Origin: Malacoraja senta
Taxonomy: Eukaryota
DNA length: 64,000 nt
Direction of reading: 5' to 3'
Assembly (NCBI GenBank): GCA_038087875.1
Contig: CM075985.1
Span: forward strand, 16,430,001-16,494,000
A model generated the notes under the pieces. That model made no database searches. It saw only the letters and a list, made by a program, of their open reading frames with translations, and had not been told where the DNA came from. Made by a program: the position numbers and the translations under genes. Positions 25,401 to 40,400 of this stretch are shown here, piece by piece (positions within the stretch are counted from its first letter, which is position 1; each line of letters starts with the position of its first letter).

Positions 25401-28400
25401 AATATAATCTATGTAATATTTTAAATTGAATTAAATTATGTCTAGCGTTAATCGAACATTTATGTATATATATCAAATACCTCTCCCATGTTTCTTTAGA
25501 AATTTTTGCCATTAATTCTTTTTCCCAGTCTTCTCTAATTGCCTCTGTTGATGGCAATTCTCTATTAAGAATACTATTATATAAATATGATATTAATTTT
25601 TGTGAGTCCGCCTTAATATTCATTGCTTCTTCCAGTGGGTCTATCATTATGCTCTGTAGTCTTGGTATATATTTTTTTATAAAGTCACATATCTGTAAAT
25701 ATTTAAAGTATTGGTTATTATTCAGATTAAATTTTGATTTTAATTGTTGAAATGATAATAAATTTCCCATTTCATACATGTCACCCACCTTTTTAATTCC
25801 CAATCTTTCCCATTGTCTATATGTTGTATCCATAAAAGATGGTTTAAATACCGGATTATTCACTATTGGTGTTAATGATGATAAGTTCCTTAATTTTAAA
25901 GTTAATTTTATTTGTTTCCAAATTCGAATTATATGTGTATTCACGCATACTTTTGATGTAAATGAATTTAGGGCTGAGCAAATGCACCATCTTACTGATT
26001 TCATAGTTTCAGCTGGATGCACCAATTTGTAGCTAAAGTTTAAGAACATCTGAGTAAAATAAGAGCCACACAATGCAAAGAGAAGAAGAAGTTCCAACAA
26101 GTCAACTTATATAGTTCTACAAAACAAAATCAATTTAACTACGAAACAGTATTTCCAGAAATCTTACGATCTGGAAACTGAGCAGTTAAATAACCCATAC
26201 AGAGGTGAATAATAGAATTAATAGATCAATCAACTAAAGCTGGGAGCATTTAGTTTCAGCTCGGTGGGTAATTATTCGGTACAAATGCAACACATCTTAA
26301 ATAATACCAAGAACATCACCATTGGACCATCCTCAAATTTCTTACCTCAATTTCTTCCTCACATAGTACCTCAAACAGAAAGACTGCAGTGGTTCACCAC
26401 TACCTTTTCAAGGGCAATGAGACATGAGCAATAAATGTTGGCTTTGACAACAATTCCATAAATAAAGGAGAGATTCCACATAACATTAAAATTCTAAACC
26501 AATTGTGCCAGAAACAAGATACTGTAACATTGTTTGGAATTTTGTGGGAATCAGTAAATACCAGGGATAGTCCAACATGCTGGAATAAAAGTGGTTGCCC
26601 ATAATGCATCTGGGCAACCACAAAGTCTGACTGAAGACTGAAGAGTGAGCTGTGTTTGCTGAACAATCGGAGATTAGAACCGATAGAACCGATTAAAAAT
26701 CTGCATGAAAATATCCTTCCAATTGTGATCTTAAATGGCATTAAGAAAGTATTTGGAATATAGATTTCCAAAGCAATGGCATTGACAATCTAATGGGGAG
26801 CCTCCCAGATAGCACAATTCACTACTGCACAATCTTTTTGAATGCTACGGAGAAGCATCCTTCATAATGCAAAATCAGTGGAGTCTGAGGGGAAATTTAT
26901 TTGAATAAAACAAGCCAAAAATAAACATAATTCAAATTTCAAAAAATGGTATCACTGGTTTGCAGTCTTGGCTAAGATGGGTGGGTTTGACATCAGTGTT
27001 GGATCATTTGCGCACTTTACTCTATTTCTCTTTCTATTACAGTTTAGTTTAGTTGAGTTTAGTTTAGTTTAGAGATACAGCATGGAAACAGACCCTTCGG
27101 CCCACCGAGTCCGCATCGACCAGCGATCCCCGCACATTAACACAAGCCTACACATACTTGGGACAAATTACTCTTATACCAAGTATACAAACCCAAGCCA
27201 ATTAACCTACAAACCTGGAGAATGGGAGGAAACCAAGGATCTTGGAGAAAACCCTCGTGGTCACGGGGAGAACGTACAAACTCCATACAGACAGCACCCA
27301 TAGTCGGGATCGAACCCAGGTCTCTGGCGCTGTAAGGCAGCAACTCTACCGCTGCGCCACCGTGCCGTCAATGGAAGTGAAATAGTGTATAATGGCCATC
27401 TGATCGGCCGCTGCTCATTTTGTTCCTCCATCCAAAATATATTTTGACTCGAAAAGATCTTTCAAAGAATTTAAAAAATGAGGACAGTAGGTCACTTAAC
27501 CCAGAATATCCAGGTAACACAGAGAGCTGCTAATGCTATTTTCTATATTCTAGCTTGGTTTGTGGCCTTGCGGGTGGGGGCATCAAGTGATGGAAAGTGC
27601 CTGCCCCACCATTCTTTGGGTGAAAAATGTTTCCTCATTAATTATCTGAAGTCGATGACTCCTAATTATTGAGATATTGTCCAGGAACCTTTATCCCTCC
27701 GCACAATTGGGTATTTATGATCAGCATATTATATTGCCGTGTTTGCTTTCCCCAAACGTGTTATCTTGCATTTCCCTACACTGAATTATTTTTTACACTC
27801 CCGACCAATTCACTGATCCCTTCCTACAGTCACAATGCTTTTTCCTCAGTTAACGAGCCTGCTGATTTAGGTACCGTCAGCAAACTTAAATCGTGAGCCC
27901 TGCATTTACATACAAATCATTTTGACTGGAGGATACATTTTTGCTCTGCTTGCATGAGAGACTTTGAGTCACATGACTGACATGTATGCTTACTCTCCAC
28001 CAGTAAAAACACCAGGTTTGTGTTGGAGAGTTTCTCCGCATGGTAAAGCCTAAAAAATAAACAGAGAAATCAATTTATATTGAAACAAGACAGGAATCAT
28101 TTTGGAACAAGAATACTTTTGTGATGAATAATGACAAAGGTGGAAAGATGTTTATCGTTTCATGGTCACTTCTGTTCAAAGGATAATTCATTACCACACC
28201 TATTACAACCCCACTTGGATGAGATTTTCATCAGATTCACGGGGTTGAAGTTGATTTCTACCCGCTGTATGAAATGGACTCTCAGAAAATCACCAACATG
28301 TTTCACTCCCTTACCTAATTGTACTTTTCCTTGCTTTCAAGGCATGATATAAAGTGGGATATTAATTCACTATGAATTCACTTCATGCTACTCTGTTAGG

Positions 28401-31400
28401 GAAAAACCCAACCATATTTCATTACCAGATAATCTGCAGTCAATTAAAATCCCTAATGGTGGACAATGGTCTTGTGACATTGAAATCAAGTCCTCATCCT
28501 TAATGAAAAGTATCCCACAAGATTTTTTCGTAACAAGTAGAAAATATCAACAATGTCAACTCTCGGCGGTTGTACCTCTCGGTAATTATATCAGTGTGGT
28601 AAAATTGAGATTGCAGTTTCTTCTCAACCAGCTATTGTTCCATTTGTCGGGCATGGGAGCAGTTTTATCAAGAGCAATATAGAGATATATAGATGTATAG
28701 ACAGTGATGTGCAGACAGTGTAGGTGGTTATTTCCAGTGCCAAGAGCTGCCTGCCACAGGTAGTCCCACCCATCTTCCCATCGTTCACCTCTTGGCCTCG
28801 CTGCGGATGTGTCTCCAGTTCTATAGCGTCCTCATTTGGGAACTCTCAAAACTGCGAGGGACTACTTTAGAAGAAGAGTAGCATTACACTTCAAATATAT
28901 TTAATTGGCTATAAAGACCTAGAATGTATCCTGAGATGGTAACAGGGGCTGTTAGACTTTATTTCTGGTGCCTAATGAGAATTTTCTTTTGGGTATATTT
29001 CTTCTAATGACATCTAGTAGTAAGTTTTGGAAACACTTCAGTATTATGAAATATTGTATATTCTATAAAGCACCAATCCAAGCCATGGTACAGATAATAT
29101 CCATCGACGCTACCACGTGCTGTAGCCATACCTTGAGCAGTTGCCACAATCCACAAGTCCACTGAAGGAGGATTCATTGTCATAAAAGTAATACTGAGTC
29201 TGTTCAGTGATACAGCTTGACTTTGATAAGGGTTCGGAGAAATCATCGATGTCTGCATCAACTGCAAAGCGAGAATAAAAGGTGAATGAATGTCAAGCTA
29301 AATTATTCTGCATTCCAAGAGCAGATTGCAGTCAGTATAAGACACGTGGAAAAGTGGGAAAAATCAATCCGCACAATGAATGTTCTAAACAGCACATTTA
29401 TATTACAGTTGTAGAAACTTAAAGAAACCTGCAGGGTTAATACCTTAAATGAAAAACCAAACATCCTCAATAAGGCTCAGTGGAGCCAATCTAGACTGAG
29501 GGAAACCCTGGTTTAAAAAAAATTCCACTACACCGTTGACTACACCAATTAGCATGTTTCCCATCTCTACTGCTCTGACAATTCTGGTGCTGAGCAATAT
29601 CTTGGTATTCACAGGAGCATGCCACAGCAATGGTAAGATTTTTTTATTTATTGAAGGACTATGCTATCAATACCAGGTTTATTGCCCAAATACACTGATT
29701 CTGTAAACAAATGATGATCAAATGCTTTGTCCTGGCACCAGATTTGCTAACCACAGTACGTCTGTTGCTTTCCGAAGCTTTATGCTGGCTCCTGCTTCTG
29801 ACGAAGGCATACTAACATGAATATTTTATTTTTTGTACACATTTTGCTTATTACAAGGAAGTACATGCCGATGAGCCTGACATCAGTATTGGAAAGTTTA
29901 GTTTAGTTATGGAGATACAGCGCGTCCCACTGAGTCCACGCCGACCAGCGATTCTTGTACATTAACACTATCCTACACACACTAGTGACAATTTACATTT
30001 ATGCTAAGCCAATTAACCTACAAACCTGTACGTCTTTGGATGTGGGAGGAAACCGAATATCTCAGAGAAAATCCATGCAGGTCACTGGGAGAAGGTAAAA
30101 ACTCTATACAGATAACACCCGGGTCTGGCGCTGTAAGCGCTGTAACTGTAAGGCAGCAACTCTACCGCTGCTCCACCATGCCGCCCTAACAGTTACTAGA
30201 GTTAATTATGAGGTTCAGGATCTACCAGTATTTGGATAGAGAAGGACTGACTGAAGATAGTTAGCATGGATTTGTATGTGGGAAATTGTATCTCAAATCT
30301 GTTTGAGTTTTTGGAAAGGTAACTGAGTGGATTGGTGAAGTGCGAAAGTGGACTTTGTCTATATAAACGTTAGCAAGGCCTTAGACAAGCTCATTTAAAT
30401 GTAAAGTCAAATTTAAAGTTAAATTGCGTGGGATCCAGGGAGAGTCAGCTAATTGGATATATAATTGGCATGATGCAGGCAATTAGGGCGATGGTGAAAG
30501 ATTAGTTTGCAGACTGGAGGTCTGTGAATAGTGGTGCGCCTCAGGGATCCATGCTGGGACCATTGTTATTCATCATTTATATAAACGATTTGTTTGAGAA
30601 TGTACAAGACATGGTTCTTAAATTGGCAGATGACATTAAATAGCAGGGTAGGACTTTCACAGTGAATGGTAGGGCCTTGGGGAAATGCTGTTAGACAAAG
30701 GGATCACAGAGTACAAGTATGTAGTTCCTTGAAAGTAATGTCACAGGTAGACAGCTTGGTGCAGAAGGCATTTGACAAACAGACCTTCATCAATCACGGC
30801 ATTGAATCTTGTGTTATGTTTGGACGTTATGTTGCGACATTATTTTGCAGTTGTGCAAGACATTAGTGAAAGCATACTTGGAGTATTGGGTTCAGCTTTG
30901 GGTACCCTGCCATTGGAAAAAAGTCAGTAAACTGGAAAGAATGCAAAATAGATTGATGAGAATGTTACCATGAGTAGAGGACCAGTTATAGGATGAGGTT
31001 GGGCCAGCTGGGACTTTACTCCTTGGAACGTAGGAGATTGGGGGATGACCTTACACAGATGCATAAAATCACGCAGAGATATAGATAAGTTGAATGCACA
31101 CCATCATTTTCCAGAAAAGGGAAATCAAAAACTAGGGCAGGGTTTAAGGTGAGAGAGGAAAGATTTCATACACTTCATCCCAAAGACATGCAGATTTCCA
31201 GGTTAATTGGCTTCTGTAAATTGCCCCTACTGCATTGGGAGTGGATAAGACAGTGGGATAACATTGAACTCGTGTCACGGGTTGGCATGAACCCGGTGGG
31301 CCAAAGGGCCTGTTTCCATGCTGTATCTCTGGACTAACAGAGGATGACTCTTATATGGAATGAGCTGCCAGAAGAAAGTGGGTGAAATATATACACTAAA

Positions 31401-34400
31401 TATATACACTAACAATATTTAAAGGACATTCAGACGGGTGCATGGATAGGAACATTTCAGAGGGATATGGAGCTAATGTGGGCAAAAGGGACCTAGCTTA
31501 GATGGGCATCTTGGTCAGTGTGGACGATTTGGGTCGTAGGTTCTGTTTCCATGCTATATTTAAACTCAGGCATGCTAAGACTTATTTATAAGTATATTGA
31601 TGTGGAAGAAAGTTCAGTTAAATATTCTCCAACTGTGCAACAAAATGTATGCTTATTTATCAGCTGTAGAATGAGGGCAGACTTTGGTAAAGATGGATGT
31701 GCTAAGCAACCAGTGGTGGGGAAGTGTGGGCTAGCTGGTTGGAGGAAGTCCTGTGGTAACAGGTCAGGAATCGATCCAAACCACACTTGTCAAGCATCCT
31801 GTATCATTATTAAAACATGCAATCAAAGTGGAAAATCAAGGTGCAGTGTGAATACACTATGACACACCCCTCTTCAGTCATTGTCACTGCTAACAGAAGG
31901 CAGGAGTCAGCCCCAAACAAAAGTTCATGTACCTGCTTCCAGAAAGTGTGGGAAGGTAAGGGTGAGGAATAGCTGCTGCAGCAGAGACCTAGACAGCAAA
32001 AGAAAGATCAAAGAGTGAATCACTGGGCACATAAGGCTAGTGTCTCCCCCTCACAGCTGTCTGTGGTGGGTGACAGGTCCTTCACAGCAATCCCCTCCCA
32101 GTGAAATAAAGAGCAGACCAAGGGTATGAAGGACATGTAATCTGCTGTGCTCCACTCCTGGTCAGGCAATTAAAGGTGAACAGCCCAGCCCCGTCTGCAG
32201 AAGGTTAACGTCAGAACTTGGTAGATCATGAATTATTTACCAATTCCTGAGAATATATTTAAAAATCTACACCTGGAAAGAGTTCCACCAATGGTTTGTT
32301 TTTTGCACCTGACCATAGGCAATGGTTTCAGCTGACATTAGGCTACAAGGTCTTTTAGCTGAGAAAGGCTGCAGAAAGACAATACATTCACCTGAAGCTT
32401 CACAGTTCAACCTGACACTGCACTTTACTGTGGATTTTTTTGCGGACATAGGTGTCTTTATGGGAGAAAGCTGCAAATGTCTGCATCCCCTTCCCTTGCT
32501 GCTTCAGAAGAAATGTCAAACCAACTCAGATAGAAACATCATCTGCATCTCACCCCAATGACAAAATAAGAATAAGGGTTAGGCCATTTAGGACTGAGAT
32601 TTTTCATCCAGAGTTTTAAATCTGGGGAATTCTCTGCCACAGGCAGTGGAGGCCAATTCACTGGATGTATTCAAGAGAGAGTTAGAAATAGCTCTTAGGG
32701 CTAACGGAATCAAGGTATATGGGGTGAAAGAAGGAATGGGGTACTGATTTTGGATGATCAGCCATGATCATATTGAATGGCAATGCTGGCTTGAAGGGCC
32801 AAATGGCCTACTCCTGTACCTATTTTCTATGTTTCTATATAAATCGCATCTGTCCCATCGAGCACACTCTGCAAATGCCAGCAGGTAGCTCCAGCATCCG
32901 ATAGATGGGCTGGGACAGCAGCAGCCACACACTCATTTCACCCACACCCTGCATTTTCACCAATATTTACCTTGCTGTTGGGTCCGTCTGTTAGAATTTG
33001 GAAAGCTTGCTCAATAGAGCAGTTTGCATGTTAGTCCAAAGAACTGGATTCAATTAGTGACGAAGCAATGCTTACAACAGACCTAGCAAACAACATTAAC
33101 GGCACCAAGTCTAAATGAGTCAATCCAGCAACATTAGACACCAGTGCAGAAGCAGGGGTACATAGGCACTGAGCCCATCAGATAAATCACAGCTACCTGC
33201 ATGGGGGGACGACTGTACTCTTACATTTCACAATGAGTGCGTCGCAAGATCTACAGATGCTTCTTATCCAAACAAATGTAGCCAGAGGATACACCATCAA
33301 ATTAGATATTCTACAGAGAAGATTAAAACCAGGAAAGGCTTTCCCCAAATATCAGGATGTATCCCGTGGTAAACTATGTGTGTGAAATCTTAAACATCTG
33401 CATAATGGATTCAGGTTACTGGGCGGCCTATCAAGGTGACTGCTTCCTGCTGTCTTCAAAACTCACCAAAGCATTAACTTATCTCAAACAAAGCAAGTGT
33501 GATATTGGAGGACGTGAAAATTACTTTACTTACCATGCCGCAGTGGATGCCCACCAACCTATATTCAAAATTTCGACTATGCTGGGCTAAAAACAATTTC
33601 AGAAACATTATTATTAATTTAGCACATTGATTGCGTAAGCAATACCTAACCCACCATAATATTAAATTATTTACATTAACACAAGATCATTCAGGAATAT
33701 ACAAGGTACAAGATACATTTATTTGTCACATGTGCCAGTTGGCACAGTGAAATGTGTGATTACCATACAGCCATACAATAAAATAAAGAACACAACACAT
33801 CATAGGGTTCAACATAAAACATCCCCACACAGCAGAATCTAATGTTCCCACTGTGAGGGAAGGCACCAAAGTCAGTCCTCTTCCTCTAATGTTCCCCACT
33901 GTTGCGATTTCTCCTGTGGAACATGTACAGCCATGTTCTTAGCCTGTCGTGTCAAACACCTCCCTTTATGTTCAACCCAAATCTTCCCTGATCTTCACAA
34001 AGTCCAGTTTCTCATGGTGTCACAAACTTACTTGGCTGAATGCTGTTTGATGCCACACACTGGCATCGGGAACATACAATATAGGATACAAACAAAATGC
34101 TGAAAACACCTGGCAGGTCAGGCGGTATCTGTGGAGAGGAGAACTGAGTTCACGTTTCTGGTCAGAAATAATGAAGGGTCTCCGACCTGAGATGTTATCT
34201 CTGTATCTGTCTCCACAGCTGCTACTTGATCTACCGAGTATTTCTATCATTTTCATTATCGTTCTTTATTTCAGGCTTCCAGCCTTGGCAGAATTTTAGA
34301 TTTTCACTCCTTGGAGCTGGGGTTCCCACGGTTTAGTCAGCTACTGGCCATAAAGCCATTTTGGCCATAATGCCATAATGCAGTGGAACACAATTAGATT

Positions 34401-37400
34401 TCACTGCAGCACGCTATTTCGTAACAGGCTTCTTCTACAAGTTCTACGGCTTTCAATAATTCTCCCATTATAAAATCAATAAAGAATACCAAGTTTCTAA
34501 AGTACAATAAAAATTTCAATTACAATTTCCTCAAGATAAACTTGAAAAAAAACCGGAAGTGTAATCTGTTACAGTTTGCCATCTTTTCAGCATGCAGTTA
34601 TTTTACAACATAGGCTACATCGGAATTAATATGGAGAGCATCACTTACAACGTAGACAGAACGAAGTCCTGCCGCTGCTTTTGTTTCACTTTCTGGATCA
34701 CACACTGACTGGAAATCATAGGACCTGTTGAAGGCGTATAGGGATGTGTTCAGGAGACGTCTCATCAAGCTTGGGTCAATCTCACCAAAGAACTTGCCAA
34801 TCTGAAATGGCAATGGTAATTGAGAAAATTATTTGAACTGAAGTTTAAAGTCCAGTGCCTGGAAATTCCTCAGGAAATCTCTAGAGCAGTCACCAGAAGT
34901 CAGTGACCTTTTTTTTTTGCGAATTTGGTGTGATTGATCTGGGGAAGCATCAAGGAAATTCCAGACCTACCTTTTGCATGCCATGGTTTCTTAACGAACA
35001 CGTTTTGAGTCGATGGGTATGCTTCTTCCCCTCTGTTATCAGGCTGCTGGCCAGTCATTCCATAAGCTAGGGTACTGTCCAATTCACCTCTACCCCATTG
35101 CAGACATTGGATTTTGTCTAGGGAACTGATGCGCTGCAATGCTGAGAACTATATTCTGCACTCAGTATCTTCCCCTTTGCTCTACCTATTGTACTTGAGT
35201 TTGACTTGATCGTATTTATCTCTGGCATATCGGATTTGTTTGGACAGCATGCAAAACAAAATGTTTACCTGTAGCTCGGTATAAGTGACTATAATAAACC
35301 TAAACTATCCTGGAAAAAAGGTGCCCAAAAGAAAGTGGAAAAGAGATAATGGGTCTCTCCTAAAATAAATAGCCCTGTAGGGAAAATACAATAATCATAA
35401 GCCCTATTCCTGAGACAATTAATCTCTGCGGAAATGCATTGAGGTGCTGTATTAAACACAGATGGTCACCAGATGTGGCTCAACATAGGAGGCCTTTTGA
35501 GCATAAATGATTTCTGAAGAAAGTGGTTAACAATAATCAAGTGCCGACTGAATCATAGGAAATCTTGTTGTGATCAGATTTTGACCAGAAGCAGGCCTTC
35601 GTTACACAATGTCCACACAAGGAAAAATTATGTTAGCAGTAACTCATCATGCGCCTTCTTACTTCAGATTGGTTAAACGGTGACAGTCAAATAGCTGTAC
35701 ATTGGAATTGTTACCCTCATCTCCAAAATATCCCTTACAATACCGTGCTCTGTATAATCAAGTAAAGTAAGTGGGCCATGCCCAGAATCTAAAATCAGGA
35801 CTGTGCCCTTCCTGCAGAAGAGAGATTGATCGATTAAATGACATGTTGATGCTGTGGCGTCCGCAACTCTCTGAGGCAGAGCATTCTGAGATTCACCACC
35901 CATCGCGAGAAGAAATTTCTGCAAACCATGGGGCTCTTATTTTGAAACTAGGTCACCTCATTCAATCCTCTTCCACAAGTAACAACATCTCAGCAACTAT
36001 CCTGTTATGCTCCTTTAGGTTTCATATTTCTTAATAAGATCATTCCTCATTTTATTAACTCCAAAGATTACAGGCTTTGATTAATTAAAGATTATAAATT
36101 GAATCTCTCTTAGTAGGAGGTTCCTCTCATCCTCAAAATTAGCCTGATGAATGTCCTTTTGACTAACTCCAATGCTAGTACAGGTAAGGGGACCATAACA
36201 ATTGCGAAACTCCACCTGTGCCCTAACCAGCAGAGTGTACAATTGTTATACAACATCCTATTTCTAAACTCCAACTCCTCTGCAATAAAGGCCAATATGC
36301 CATTTGCCTTTAAGCATCTCCTGCAAAAGCTGCTTACTTCTTGCAATTACAGAGACCCCTCCGCACTTCACCCTTTTCCATTTAGATATTAATTAAGGCC
36401 AAACGACATACTGTAGGAACAGAATTAAGTTAGTTGCCCATTGAGTCTACTCTGCCATTCAATCATGGCTGACTTATTTTTCTTCTCAACGCCATTCACC
36501 TGCCATCTAATAATCTGTATTCTGATTTCTCTTACCAAAGTGCATGCCCCCACACTTTCCCACATTAAACTCCATTTGTCAAGTTCTCACCCACTCACTC
36601 AACCTATTTATATCCTGTTGCAGTCACAACATCCTCATCACAACATGCTCATCCACAAAGACGCCAACCCACAATGTTACTTATTTCTCCCATAGTTTAA
36701 GATTATTATCAATGTTTCTTCTGGATAAAATTGATACATTCACTTCAAAATCACACCTATTAACATGTATTAGAGAGAAATAATGATCATCACCCAAATG
36801 ATAACAAAGGTAAATCAAAAGATTAAAGTTCGAAAAGTTGTAGAGCATTTACCTTTGCAATGTAATCGTCTTGGTTTGACATTAGGAGAAATCCACCATC
36901 ATCCAATATAACACAGTCAAAGTGCTGCAGAAAATAAAGAACACCACAGGTGAAAAATAACTTTAGAGAGAAGAATTTTCTCATCATCTCGGTGCTAAAC
37001 TATAACATAGAAACATAGAAAATAGGTGCAGGAGTGAGCCATTCGGCCCTTCGAGCCAGCACCGCCATTCGATATGATTATGGCTGATCATCCAAAATCA
37101 ATACCTTGTTCCTGCTTTTCCCCCCATTTCCCTTGGTTCCATTATATCTAACTCTCTCTTGAATACGTCCAGTGAATTGGCCTCTACTGCCTTCCGTGGC
37201 AGAGAATTCCACAGACTCACAACTCTGGGTGAAAAAGTTTTTCCTTATCTCAGTCCTAAATGGCCTACCCCTTATTCTTAAATTGCGACCCCTGATTCTG
37301 GACTCCCCCAACATCAGGAACATTTTTCCAGCAAGCTGTTAGCTGTGCGACAACACCCATAGTTCTAGATTCTCCAAACAGATGAAATAGCTGACAGGCA

Positions 37401-40400
37401 TTGATCATCTGTCGACCCTGTTGAGGACATTGATAGAGATCACCTCCAGCGAGAGCAGGCCAATCTTACTCAATTTCTGCACAGGATCACCTACATGTGG
37501 TGGGATTCAGCCTAGTCAATCTGTGTTGCACTGACTCCAAGCAAACATATCCTTTCCTCAGTACTTAAGCCAAAACCCCCTGGGAAATGAGCAGCCTCAC
37601 CAAAGCTTTGAATAATTGCTGAAAAACGTCTTTACTCTCATTATCCAGCACCAAAGCCATAAAAAGTTTGCCTTTCTAATCGCTTGCATGTTTATTTTTT
37701 GTGCCTCATCAGTAAACACATCCAGATCCTCGTGGCCCAATTAGTTCTCACTTTCTTTTATTCTTCTCACATTTTCCATTTAATAGCCCACCTATCATCT
37801 TCTAGCTCACTTGAAATCCCTTTGTAGATTTTGTATCTACTTTACACTCTACTTTCCCTCATAAGGCAAGGTTGTCAGCAAAAGTATATATATCATAGAG
37901 ACATAGAGACAAACAGCACAGAAACAGGCCCTCTGGCCCAACTCGTCCATGCTGCCCAAGATGCCCTGTCTAAGCTAGTCCTATTTATCCACATTGGACC
38001 CATATCCCTCTAACCGTAGAAATCTTTTCTAACCGTATACCTGTCCATACTTTCATCCATTTCATTTACATAGGATTGAAAATAGCTGTGGACCCAATAT
38101 TAATCCACATTTTCTTCTGAGTTAGTCCCAAAGGATCAATGATAGGAACCTCAACTTTGTTTTTCTGCATTCTGAGATGGCTAATAAGGCTAACGTGGGT
38201 GGTTGGGTAGTTTCTCAGGTGGTGCAACAAAGGGTCTCCGTGTTCGGCTGATCAATGGCCATCCAAATCGTAACACAGCACAGCCTTAAAAGACACTCAT
38301 TAAGAGATCCCATGAAGATTGTGGATGTTTAAGCACAAATTAAGTGATGTAAAAATCAAGTTTCTGCAATCTTTTGCACTAATTTAGAAACACTGTGCTA
38401 GAAGCTGGCGCCACCCACAACAAGAGTCATTTCCCCCAAGGCAAATCAATCGGCATTTGGCCTATTGAGTATTTCCATTCATTTATTCAAGGAACAAATA
38501 AGGAATCTCTCAAGAATTTAACTAACCATTTTGAGTGAAGGGACACAAGAACCAACAAAGGTACTTGATGCAATTTGTAAAACAATGACGGTGGCTTCGA
38601 AATATAATTGTGCAGCACATTTCTTACATGTGCAATGGGACTGGATTGATGCATTAGATCAATTGCTTGTAGGACCTTATAACATCTATAATACATATTG
38701 CAACATTAATTCACATCTCCTTGTGAATAGTGGCAGGCACATGAAGGGAACCAAGAACATAGCAGTGATGCTGATCAACTGGCACTTGCATTGTGCAAAT
38801 ACTGTACATGGTCCATGGAGAGGGCATCAGCACAAAATGAAGAAATCTGGCCAGCTCATGCAATGCTTCAAGAGGAACCCCATTGCTTCCACTTTCATTG
38901 GAGAGTTAAATACAGCAACAATCAGCTCATGCCTATGACCATGTTTGTTGAGCCAAGTGACAAATAAGTCTATGGAAGCTTCCTCCATCTTTATCACAGT
39001 GGTGTGAAATAGCCTAAAATGAAGATTTCTGGTTTTATGTGGGCTAAATATTATACTCCATCACCTTACATTCAGCTTGTTTCCTTGTGGTGTGGTGTGG
39101 TGGCGCCTATCGGCAGCGGCTCGACTACAGTCCGTCTGTCTTTTTTTAAATTTTTCTCTCGTTAAATGTATGTCTTGACTCTAGTTTTTATTATTTTTCT
39201 TTAGCTGTGTATTTGTGGGGGGGTTGGGGGGGGGGTGGAAACCGTTAGTCTCTTCCCTCTACGGGGACCCGACGTTTTCCCTGTCGGGTCTCCGATGTCG
39301 TTGGGCCTGACATCGTGGAGCCGGCGGCGGCCTCCGGCCGGGACCAGCCTGAGGGCTCCAGTCGCGGAGCCTGCGAACCTGCCATCGCGGAGCTGGCCGA
39401 CTTCGGAGCTGTGGTGGCGCGCGGCTGTGACCCGACTTCGGAGCTTCGGAGCCTCCAGCCGCAGGCCTGGTGGACAGGAACATCGGGAGCTCGCAGGTCC
39501 TCGGTGGGAGACCGCTTTTTCCCGCAACGGCAACTTCTCCCGCTGGAATTGCGGGGTTTAAAGGACTCGGAGCAGGGCCTAACATCGCCCGGCGTGGCTC
39601 AAACGGCCACAAGACTTACCATCGCCCGCCGGAGGCTTTAACATCGGGAGCCCCAGTTCGCCTTGACGCTGCAGTTGGACTGCTGGACCGCGGGAGAAGA
39701 ACAAAGGGAAGAGATAAGACTTTGCCTTCCATCACAGTGAGGAGATGTTGGAGATCCACTGTGATGGATGTTTATGTAAACTGTGTTAAGTGTGGGTCTT
39801 GGTTTTTTTTTTGTAATGTAAGACTGTAGAAAATGCAATTTCATTCAAACCAAGCTGTTTGAATGACAATAAAAGGCATTCTATTCAAGGTCAACTGAGT
39901 AAAGATAAGTAATCGGTTTGAAATTAAAAGGACAGCTTTGCAAACACGCAGGTTGTCTAGCCTGTGTGTTTGCAAATCTGTCCTGTCAATTTAAAACTGG
40001 TTACTTCTTTCAATGTACATTAGAACAGATATTCTGAAGTCTGGGTCTTTTTTTGAATTAATGGCTGATACTTCCCCATAATGTTATAACCCCTGAATGA
40101 TCTTCAACGAGTAACTCAGATGAGGAATTCCACATTTTTAATGGAATCCTCAAACATTCCCTCTACCATCAAAATCACCAACTTCTCCCTGGAGGAGTGA
40201 AGGGCCGACTCCTATATTCACTTTTGTAGAAAGACACAAAAAGCTGGAGTAACTCAGCGGGTGAGACAGCATCTCTGGAGAAAATGAGTAGGTGACGTAT
40301 CGGGACAAAACCATTCTTCAGACTGCACTCATTGCACCAGTTAATCTTAAACTATCCCACAAGTCCCAGCAACTCCTGGAGTTGACCCGGCTACTGCAAG

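Larger units (their letters stand above)
24234..27936 (-). other. U12-type (minor spliceosome) GT-AG intron
   Basis: 5' splice site GTATCCTCC (27936-27928; U12 consensus RTATCCTT). Branch site TTCCTTAAT (24254-24246), branch A about 13-14 nt from the AG, with no polypyrimidine tract. Confidence 0.88.

Noticed and set aside
25941-26100. Signal-peptide-like N-terminus ([13 protein letters not shown]) on the 384-aa ORF, suggesting a domesticated L1 fusion
   Set aside because: Starts at a TTG in flanking intron sequence that happens to be open upstream of the L1 truncation point; no promoter or splice support
27290-27366. tRNA gene
   Set aside because: A/B boxes are present, but it is the head of a SINE (continues into SINE body and tail, several diverged copies, no full cloverleaf)
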